Shown here one piece after another: positions 13,220-22,057 of a DNA stretch of 64,000 nucleotides. Numbering within the stretch: position 1 is the stretch's first letter; each line of letters starts with the position of its first letter. Location of the stretch: NCBI GenBank assembly GCA_964019335.1, contig OZ025702.1, positions 310,001 to 374,000 of the forward strand, in the 5' to 3' direction. The DNA is from Diplonema japonicum. Lineage: Eukaryota; Protista; Euglenozoa: Diplonemea. The translations under genes and the position numbers were made by a program. The notes beneath the pieces were generated by a model. The model worked only from the letters and a program-made list of their open reading frames with translations, did not search any database and was not told the origin of the DNA.

Positions 13220-13865
13220 TTGCAAACTCCTGGTGGTGTCTCATATGTAACCCACTACTTCATCAGCCCTAATTTGACTCAGAACTCTTCGCACACAATC
13301 CACGTCCTTGATTTGGTAACTCAACTCCCCGGCATTCGGGATACTTCTGGCAGGCTGCACTTCTGGAGCGATGGTGGGCTTCACTTTAAGTCCGGGCCAG
13401 GGTTTTTTGGGTAGATGGCTCGTTCGCAGAAGAAAATCACCTGGAATTTCTTCCCTAGTGATCACGGGAAAGGGATGTGGGATAGTGAGGGGAGTGTGTT
13501 GAAAAGTGCGATCACTGAAGTTTGTCAGGCATCTTCCGCTGTGGGCAGTATCCCATGAACCTGACTGGCCCTTCTGAAACACGCGTGGTCACTCGCCGAG
13601 AAGCCCACTTTATTCCCACCGACACTGTTGTGGTGAAGTCGGTGCACGCCACCTGAGTTGCAACTGCGACTCGTGCTTGGCTGGTGAGTATGAAGACTGC
13701 ATTTGTCCTGGTTCTGGTCCTTTCACCCTGGCGTCCATTGCCAAGCAGAGTCTCTCACAAGGGACGAGGCGCTGTGGTAAGTACCTCATGGCGTTTGTTG
13801 GGCCAAAAGAGCACTCTGAAGCACTTAGAGGTGTCCCTGTGAGAAAATCTGATTTTATTGCCTGA
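13220..13865 (+). mobile_element. Decayed Sola2-like DDD transposase fragment
   Basis: One frame reads LHFWSDGGLHFKS...G*...ITWNFFPSDHGKGMWDSEGSVLK with an internal TAG. Further on, RHLSCNCDSCLAGEYEDC. Matches the SDG...WNFFxxxHGKGxxD and C-terminal SCxCxxC pattern I recall for Sola2-type transposases. Confidence 0.7.
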
Positions 13866-14325
13866 ATCAGGAGGGCCAAAACAGGCCAAAAAACGCACAA
13901 ATTGGCTCACTGGTGTCAACCGAAGGTCGTACAGAGACAAAAGCGCCTTCCAGTGGGACCCCTCTTTGACTGCAGATTGTCAATAAAATTTCGAATAAGA
14001 GGTCTGTTGTTAAATGCTGCGCGTTTCTGGGTGTTTCCGGGATTTGCTGCATTTTCCCCGTTTTCGTGACAGCCGAATTTCGGTTAAACTCATTTTTGGG
14101 GTTTGAAAATAAGGAAAAGGTCTAGTGCAGTTGCTCCTGCCTTCGTAATTCGCTCTTTTCGTGCAGTTCCCTGCAAAACCATGCACGAAAAACGGAGTCG
14201 GTTCCTTTGTCTTTCAGAAAAGAGAGATTGTCAGCAGTGAGGCCACTTTCTGAACTGTCAGTTATCTGACCAGGGTTCTGGCAATGCTTGTGTCGTTAAA
14301 ACACTGAAAGAGCAAGAAGAAAAAA

Positions 14326-14398
14326 CACCTCCCGCGGGGCTCGAACCCGCGACCACAAGGTTAAGGGCCTTGCGCTCTACCGACTGAGCTAGGGAGGC
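14326..14398 (-). tRNA. tRNA-Lys(CUU), copy 1 (C33)
   Basis: 73-nt cloverleaf GCCTCCCTAGCTCAGTCGGTAGAGCG CAAGG-CCCTTAA-CCTTG ...GGTTCGAGCC...GGGAGGTG, followed by a T run on the - strand. Confidence 0.95.
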
Positions 14399-14400
14399 TG

Positions 14401-14490
14401 TTAATTCTATGACCGACCCATTTCTTGTATTCGGATTTCACAATTTGTTATCTTTGTATAAAATAAGAAAATGGGTCGTCATAGAATTAA
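14401..14490. repeat. 90-bp hairpin/MITE-like element with 26-bp inverted arms, TTAA at both ends
   Basis: 14401-14426 TTAATTCTATGACCGACCCATTTCTT versus the reverse complement of 14465-14490 TTAATTCTATGACGACCCATTTTCTT. Confidence 0.75.
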
Positions 14491-14685
14491 GTAAGTAAGA
14501 AGTAACCCTGTTTTTCTTTCTTCCAAAACCTGTTGATGCTCCAATCGTATTTTTTGTTGAAAATTAAAAAATGGGGCGATTTGAGTTTCCCATTCTGGGT
14601 TGTAAAACCAACCTGTGCAAGTTTCGAGAACAGGAAAAAACAAAATTGTCGCGAAACAAGAAAATGATAGCTGAGAGAATTGTCA

Positions 14686-14758
14686 GCCTCCCTAGCTCAG
14701 TCGGTAGAGCGCAAGGCCCTTAACCTTGTGGTCGCGGGTTCGAGCCCCGCGGGAGGTG
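14686..14758 (+). tRNA. tRNA-Lys(CUU), copy 2 (C33), identical to copy 1
   Basis: Same 73-nt sequence followed by a T9 Pol III terminator. Confidence 0.95.
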
Positions 14759-14805
14759 TTTTTTTTTGCCCATCACCCCCACAGCCTTTCTTCGTCTTAC
14801 CCAAT

Positions 14806-15705
14806 ATGTTTGCAAGTGTGAGTCCCCCACCACCCATCTCCCCACAAAACGGGAAGTTCTTTGTTGTAACAGGAGCAAATGCGGGTCTCGGTTTTGAAAC
14901 GGCTAAAGCTTTAGGAACAGCAGGTGCACATGTAATTCTGGCATGCAGGTCGGAAATAAGAGGAAATGATGCTGTGGACAGGCTGAGACAGGAAGCTGGG
15001 AATGGCGTGTACGAATTTATGAAAATGGACCTCGCAGACCTAGATAGTGTGAAAGAGTTTGTAGAGGAGCTGAAAAAAAAGTTCACACACATTGACTGCC
15101 TCATCAACAATGCGGGTGTGATGTGGCCCCCATTTGGGAAGACGAAACAGGGGTTCGAAACAACGTTCCACACAAACCACCTGGGGCACTTTGCACTCAC
15201 CATTCTGATGCTCCCATTGCTGGAGAGTTCTGGAAAGGGTAGAGTCGTCCCCATCAGCAGCATTGCTGCTGACTGGAAGGGGTACGCCGGAATGATGTGG
15301 GATAACCTCAACGCTGAGAAGACCTACAACCACCATTACGCCTACGGGCAGTCCAAGCTTGCGAATCTTTTATTCGCATTTGAACTCGAAAAGCGCTTGC
15401 GCGCGACCAATTCTACTGTCCAGTGTATTGCAGCACACCCTGGCTCCTGCAACACTGAACTCTTGAGGTACTCTGTGTTCTCTCGTTTTGGTTTCCTCGC
15501 TATGCCTCCCACTCAGGGTTGTCTCTCTTTCCTCCATGCAGCCACAAGCGACACTGCCAAGGGAGGTGAGTACTACGGCCCACACGGCTTCATCCATGCT
15601 GTCGGGTACCCAACTAAGCTCACACCCCCCGTGCGTGCCTTAGACACGCATGATGCAGAGAAGTTGTGGAAGTTGAGTGAAGAGATGACAGGAGTAGCGT
15701 TGTAA
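14806..15705 (+). CDS. Short-chain dehydrogenase/reductase, retinol dehydrogenase/WWOX-like
   Basis: TGANAGLG, LINNAGVM, YGQSK catalytic motif, HPG; ATG at 14806 follows an AG at 14783-14784. Confidence 0.92.
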   Translation: MFASVSPPPPISPQNGKFFVVTGANAGLGFETAKALGTAGAHVILACRSEIRGNDAVDRLRQEAGNGVYEFMKMDLADLDSVKEFVEELKKKFTHIDCLINNAGVMWPPFGKTKQGFETTFHTNHLGHFALTILMLPLLESSGKGRVVPISSIAADWKGYAGMMWDNLNAEKTYNHHYAYGQSKLANLLFAFELEKRLRATNSTVQCIAAHPGSCNTELLRYSVFSRFGFLAMPPTQGCLSFLHAATSDTAKGGEYYGPHGFIHAVGYPTKLTPPVRALDTHDAEKLWKLSEEMTGVAL

Positions 15706-15864
15706 ACGTTTGTTTGCTTTCTTTTCATTCGTTTTCTTTTTCCTTCTTTCTTTTCTTTTCTTCCTCTCTTCTCTTCGCTCCTTTTTCTTTTTCCGACCCC
15801 TCTCAAGACAACCAATACCAAGGATCTTTTTCCTCTTGAAGAAAAAAAAAAGAAGAAGAAAAAA

Positions 15865-16449
15865 ATGGACAGCTTGTTTTCGATGTTTCAGAGTGTGTTC
15901 AGGTACATGGGAATCTTTAACCAAAAGAGAGGAAAGATATTGTTCCTCGGATTGGACAATGCGGGGAAGACTTCGATGCTGAGCATGATGACGACGGGGA
16001 AAATGACGGCAGCAAGGCCAACGAACCACCCGACTAACGAGCAGTTTTCAGTGGGCGGTGTGAAGGTAAATGCATACGACCTAGGTGGCCATGAGAATGG
16101 CAGGATTCTGTGGTCTCAATACTACACTAAGGTAGACGGCATCGTGTTCATGGTCGATGCAGCAGACATTTCAAGGCTATCGACTGTGAAAGTTGAAATC
16201 GACAAGCTTCTCAGTGACCCTGATCTCGCAAGGGTCCCAATGGTTATCATCGGCAACAAAATTGATATACCTTCCGCCCTCGGAAGGCCCCAACTTGAAT
16301 ACTGCCTCGGCCTTGAAGGACTCTGCACTGGACTGCATGGAAACAAAACCCAAGCCCGCCCCCTCGAGATCTTCATGGCATCCATCTCCAAGCGTATAGG
16401 ATATGGAGAAGCTGTGAAGTGGATCGCTGACTACCTTGCTGACGCTTAA
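15865..16449 (+). CDS. SAR1: Small GTPase Sar1-like
   Basis: LFLGLDNAGKT, DLGGH, GNKID, RPLEIFMAS...GYGEA. Confidence 0.92.
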   Translation: MDSLFSMFQSVFRYMGIFNQKRGKILFLGLDNAGKTSMLSMMTTGKMTAARPTNHPTNEQFSVGGVKVNAYDLGGHENGRILWSQYYTKVDGIVFMVDAADISRLSTVKVEIDKLLSDPDLARVPMVIIGNKIDIPSALGRPQLEYCLGLEGLCTGLHGNKTQARPLEIFMASISKRIGYGEAVKWIADYLADA

Positions 16450-16580
16450 GGTACTTATTACTAGAAGAAACAGGTAAGAGGGAATCATGAGAAGCACGTT
16501 TCCTCTTTACCTTTCCTTTACTATTTTTTATTTCCTGTTATCTTCCTCTCTGGTTTACTTTTTTTTCTTTTTTTTTTTTA

Positions 16581-16616
<36 letters not shown>

Positions 16617-16843
16617 TCTTCTCTCTCTAGCTCCTTTAACTTGTTTTAAGAAGAAGAAAAAAAAAAAAAAAAAAAGAAAAAGCAGATTATCCTTGTCCTT
16701 TACTTGAGAAATGAAAAAGAAAAAGAAGAAGAAGAAGAAAAAAAAATGGATGACACAAATTCTTGCATTCAATATAACAATTACGTCCCTATATTCTCGA
16801 AACTATATACACTACCACCACACAGAGAAGGGGGAAAAGGGGG

Positions 16844-19800
16844 ATGAGCGGCAGTGAACCTGAAGAGGTCACTGATGTACTCCCCGTAAGGTACGAAGTA
16901 TGCGTAGTGCCTAGCTTAAATAATAATGAATTGGAGTGCAGGTCTTCTGTAGAGTGGGTGGTGAAGGCAGAAACTGTAGACTGCATTAAGCTGCACTGCG
17001 TCGGGCTGGTGTTCTATAAAACAACTGTGCGAATAAACGACAAGACAGAGCTGATTCCGGTATGCTTGCCCCCTTTTTTTTCGTCCACCTACTTACAGTC
17101 CACGTCGATAACCCAAAACCCAACCAAAGAAATGATGAAGATTAAGCTCCCCAGGGAACTCCAAAAAGGCCAGCAGGGCCAACTCAACTTCCACTATCTA
17201 GCTCAAACATCTACGTCGCAAAAGATGGCCGGCGTTTACCTAACGCACGACCCTTCGGTACGCTTTCTTCTTTCCCTGTTCTTTTTCATTAAGCTCATCA
17301 CAGGATTCTCCCACGATCGCTACCCACTTCGAACCGCTTAGAGCAAGGTCCTTCCTGCCTTGTTTCGACCACCCGAGCTTGAAAGCAAGGTTCAAACTCA
17401 CTGTGATGAAAAAGAACATCCCTGAAGGGTTTGAAATCCTGTCGAACACCTGCCCGGAACGAGAAGATCCTGAAAAGATTGTGTTCAAGGAAACACCTGC
17501 CATGTGCAGCTACCTGGTGTGATGGGTGGGGTGGGATAAATTAAAAAAAATAATAATCAAACCACAGCTCTGCTTGATCATATCAAAATTACACTGGATT
17601 GAATCGAGCATTGAGACAAGGCTGCGGTTGCGTGTGTACGTCCCCACATCGGTTGATGTAGAGGGAGCAAGGGGCTGCTTAGCTCTGCTTCAGAAATCGA
17701 TTTGTTTTTACGAAGAATTGTTTAAACAGAAACTGAGGTTGGAGAAGCTCGACCTCGTGGGTCTCAAAGCGCTGCCCCCCATTGCCATGGAAAACCTAGG
17801 CTGCCTGGCCTTCCGCTTAAGCTACGTTCTCATCACCGAAGAAACCCCCATGTCACGCGTGCAGAGAATCGCGCGGCTCGTTGCACACGAGGTCAGCCAC
17901 CACTGGTTCGGAAACTCCACCTCGATCAACTCCTGGAAGATAATATGGTTGAAAGAGGGCTTTGCACGGTATCTGGAATACCTCTTCACCGTGTACATGT
18001 TTCCCTCGTGGGACTACTGGACGGATTTTGCACACAGTATCACAGACTGTGCGAAGCAAATGGACGGGATCTCGGCTCGAACCCACCCATTAGAACCTTC
18101 CGACCTGACCACGCCTGCTGCTATAACTGACTCCTTTGACTTCATCACATACAACAAAGGCGCCTCGATAGTAAGGATGCTCGCACAAACGGTGGGTTGG
18201 GACGTGTTTTCGAACGGTGTGAACATTTTCCTGGACAATTGTAAGGAAGATTGTTGCACCGTGTCTGATTTTTGTCAAGCGTTGCAGGTGGCGTGCAGGG
18301 GGGCTCGGATCGAACCCCCAATCACGTCGTCTTCCATTGGCATTTCCACGACTACGATCCCCGACATTGAGTCCTTTGATGTCGAGGCATGGACCCTTCC
18401 GTGGCGGTCGATTCCGTCACATCCAGTTGTCTTTGCCCGTGCTGTACAGGGTGGCGTTGCGTTACAACAGTTTATGGTCCCCGAGCCGACACGGCAGCTC
18501 TCTTTTGAGATCAAGCCATCGCCGTTCCCCCTCCCCATCGTGGTTGTGGTTTGTTACCCGGGGAATAAGCGTGTGACACACACCATTACCCTTCCCCCCA
18601 CCGAGACCTTCAATGAAACTTTTTTCCCTGTCCCCACGTCCATCTCTGCCATCGTCATCAACCCAGACATGACATCCTTCTGCCGATGCTGGTACGATGC
18701 CACCCTATTCGATCTCCTCCTCAAAACATACCCCGAACAACCGTCACTGACACGGTTGGGATTGTTCCTCGACTGTTTCAGTCTCCTCTCGCTCTCAAGC
18801 ATCCAACTGCAACAGCAAGGACGGTTCCCAAGCTGGTGGAAGCCCAGAGGGCATCTCGGTTTGGAACACCAGCTGTATCATCTGCTTACGGCGTTTAGAG
18901 ACGCTCTCGAGACGCACAACATAGTAGTGCACGCAGCAGCAACCGCTGCGTTGGATGTATGTTTTACTTTTTTTCGGACCATCTCAAAAATAAAAATTAA
19001 ATAAAAAAAAAAGGTGCTGCACCGCTCTCAAGAAGAAAGTTGTGAGGAAGGGGTACGAAGAACCGTGGGTGGGTACTTCAAACATCTTCTGCCTAAAATC
19101 GAAGAAGCGGCGTGGCAACGGGGGTGCAGCGTAGCGGAGGGCTTAGAGGGGTTTGGCAAGTACGATGGGGGACGGGATCTGAGCCCTGCAGTGGCAGGGG
19201 TGGTGCTAACATGTCTGGGGTCGGCGTGGGACCCGGACAGCATTGCGTTCTCGAGAATGATACGGGATAAGTTGATGGAGGCAATGACAGTGGATGACGA
19301 GACAGAGGGGCCAGATCTCATGGTTGCAGTGAGCGCGCTGAAGGTGTGTGTGCAGCATGGCGGTGAAAAGGACTGGTGGAATGCATGGCACCTCTACACA
19401 TGGGCACTGCAGCCCGACGAACTAGAACAAGTCGATGCAGCGTCTGAGCTGAATGTGGATCCATGGAAGCTTCCGTGGGCATCCGCTCACCCTCCTGTCA
19501 CGCTGTATGGCAAGGTCCCTCAAGGATATCAGCTGCGAGCCCCATTGCTCGAATGCCTCGCAGCATCTCCCCATAGCTACATCGCGCAGAACGTCGCAAA
19601 GCTGTCTCTGAAACCGTCACTCTCTCATGATACCTCCGACATCATCTCCCTTTGCACGGGCATCCTGCAGAACACGGCGCTTATCGACCAGGTCCTGCTT
19701 GCTTCTTCTGCGGTATTTTGAAAGTAAATAAATTGCAATACACCACAGCGCGTGATTTGGTTCCTCATTAAACTCGCCCCCAGCTTTGGTTCCCCTCTCT

Positions 19801-19919
19801 GGCTTGCCCGCAACGAGAGCTACTGGCAGAACATGGGGGTTCCCCTCAAGATTATTATTAAGTCCAACGTGGAAATAACGCGGGCCATTGTGCAAAACCT
19901 CACAGTGCTTCTTCAATAA
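16844..19919 (+). CDS. M1-family (puromycin-sensitive/ERAP-like) aminopeptidase (6 exons)
   Basis: THFEPxxARSFLPCFDHP, IAMEN, HEVSH...WLKEGFA, YNKGA. Introns 17060-17098, 17258-17303, 17517-17567, 18957-19013 and 19713-19748 join the ORFs. Confidence 0.9.
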
Positions 19920-20120
19920 CGCAGCGGCATTCAAGGGAAGAAAAAAAGGGGGTATCTGTAAGTTTCTATTTCTGTAAAAGGAGGGGTGACTTCTATTCGT
20001 GATTTCTATACAATTGAGAATATTCCTTGCACTCCGTTTTTTTTCTCTTTTTTTTTTCTTCTTTTCGTTTTTTCAATGCCGTATTGCACAGCGCACAGGT
20101 CATTCAGGGTCAACAACCCA

Positions 20121-21413
20121 ATGAACCCACCGAGCCAGTCGAAGCGCCCCTCAAACCCAGTGTCGCCCAAGATGCCTGGGAACATTGCTCCATCACGGGG
20201 GTCCTCTGCGTCACAGCCACCGGGATCTCGACAACCCTCTTTAGTGAGGGGTGCACCCAATATGCAGTCGCAGAGAGAGTTCCACCAGGTGCCGAACCCG
20301 CAGACGATGAACCAAGTGAGGAGGGACAGTGCACCGGTACAGCAGGGTGCGCCGCAGGCATCGGGTCCACGCCGTCCACCACCGAAGCAACCAATTCAGA
20401 TTCCTTGGCAGAAAGCACCAACGACCGCAACGCCCCCCTACCAGACAGACCCAGTCCCGCAAACGCAAAGCAACTACCCATCCATCAGCCCGGTGCCCGA
20501 CAGGGGTCCGCACCCGAGCCAGCACGTGAAGTCTCAAGGCATGCAACCACGGCCGCAGGCACAAGCATATCCGCATCCACAACCTCAGCACAGCTACAAC
20601 GAGCACTACGGTCAATACGTGCACTCGGAAGTATCGAGGTCGTCGGCTTCGACAACAGGGACAGCACTGGACCTGATGGAGATGAAGAGCGAGAGGAGCA
20701 GACTACTGGGCGAGATTCAGGCCATACAAGAAGAACTTGAGCGGGCCGAAGAAACCGGAAAGCACGACGATATGAGCAGCTTGAGGACGCAGTTAGCGCA
20801 GCTGAGACACTCCCTGCAGGCCTTGCTGGGTGACATGGAAGTCAGGAAGCGGAGCCCGTGGCGAAAAAGGTGGCGGGATGAAGGCCATGTACAGCAGGTG
20901 TCGTACAGCGAGCCTGCAGCCCGTGTAGCACTTGTGCACAGCAACTTCAAAAACGAAAGAAGTCAGAGAGAAGCTTACGACAGCAGGGTTGCCCCTGCCA
21001 GCGCGCGGCACGCCGTGATGGGGACTTCATACGCTGAGAGGCAGTCAATTGTACACGGCAGGGCTGTAGAAACACTGTTGGAGAGGCAAGAGAGAGAGGC
21101 GAAGGAGCTGCAGCGAGCGTTTGAGGAAAGGGCCAGAGAGATGGAAACTGCACACCAAGAACAGAAGATAGCTCAATCCGAGCAAATGAGGTCAGAGCAA
21201 GAGAACCTCCTCATCTACGAGCAGGCGCTGGCTAAAGCGGAGGCCGCAAAGAGGAACTTAGAGCTCGCCTCGCGTGACCTGGGGAACTATGAGCAGCACT
21301 GGATCGCTTCGTCCACACTGTACCGCCCATCGATGGTGGTGCCCAGTGTTAAGTACCGCGCGTATGATGCACACTCATCAGTGTCGTCATCGCCCCACAT
21401 GCCGGGGCAGTAG
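20121..21413 (+). CDS. Pro/Gln-rich N-terminus plus coiled-coil hypothetical protein
   Basis: Long ORF; start uncertain (20076 or 20121). Confidence 0.65.
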   Translation: MNPPSQSKRPSNPVSPKMPGNIAPSRGSSASQPPGSRQPSLVRGAPNMQSQREFHQVPNPQTMNQVRRDSAPVQQGAPQASGPRRPPPKQPIQIPWQKAPTTATPPYQTDPVPQTQSNYPSISPVPDRGPHPSQHVKSQGMQPRPQAQAYPHPQPQHSYNEHYGQYVHSEVSRSSASTTGTALDLMEMKSERSRLLGEIQAIQEELERAEETGKHDDMSSLRTQLAQLRHSLQALLGDMEVRKRSPWRKRWRDEGHVQQVSYSEPAARVALVHSNFKNERSQREAYDSRVAPASARHAVMGTSYAERQSIVHGRAVETLLERQEREAKELQRAFEERAREMETAHQEQKIAQSEQMRSEQENLLIYEQALAKAEAAKRNLELASRDLGNYEQHWIASSTLYRPSMVVPSVKYRAYDAHSSVSSSPHMPGQ

Positions 21414-21499
21414 TAGCAAGGATTGTACATGTAGATAGTTTATTTGCATTTCTTTATTTTTCGTTCTAACTTTACAAGACCACCACACAGAGTGCCGTC

Positions 21500-21982
21500 A
21501 TGCCGGCACCATACGCCGACGACAACGATGGCCACGATGAGGAGCCGCCCGACACGGCAAGGGTACACCAGGGGGAGGGGAGCTTTGCATGCGGGAGGAT
21601 ATCGTGCTTCATGATCTTAGGAATACCTTCTGTGGTACATCTGAAAAGAAAACGTAGAAATTGAACACCACACAGGTCACGTTGTTTTCAGTTCTGTTTG
21701 GGGCGATAATTGCAGGGATAGAGGATACTTCATTTGAGAATGTATGTGCCCAAACACACCACACCCTGACCACACACCCTGCAGGGTTTCTGGGTAGCGG
21801 CGACCATTTTAACTACTTCGTCGTCCCCCTTGGGCGACAACACGACGCTCCCTGCCACTGATGGGGGGAAATTCTTTTCTATAATATGCGGAACATGGGC
21901 AATGGGCTTGTTTGGGATCTTTGTGGTGCTGATGTCGGCACCTGCAATGGACTCTGTTTACGCACTGCTGCGGTTGCGGTGA
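21500..21982 (+). CDS. Minimal 2TM/1P (KcsA/Ion_trans_2-like) channel protein, 132 aa, 3 exons
   Basis: Exons 21500-21634, 21676-21741 and 21785-21982 give TM1, then IEDTSFENGFWVAATILTT-SSSPLGD-NTTLPATDGGKFF, then TM2. Confidence 0.7.
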
Positions 21983-22057
21983 TACATGTGAGGTCTTTTA
22001 CTTTGTTCCTTTGCCTCCAAACATTATTACTTCATCACCAGGACAAAGACATACAGG

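Noticed and set aside
12456-14305. Putative TIRs for the Sola-like relic (TTAACG-containing segments)
   Set aside because: Similarity too weak to call.
14686-14758. Reading the CCCTTAA loop as a UUA suppressor or CCU Arg anticodon, or an alternative genetic code
   Set aside because: The 5-bp stem fixes the register at CTT, the body is Lys-like, and TAA, TAG and TGA all end conserved genes here.
14680-14805. N-terminal extension of the SDR ORF
   Set aside because: It is the tRNA-Lys gene read in frame; the real ATG is at 14806.
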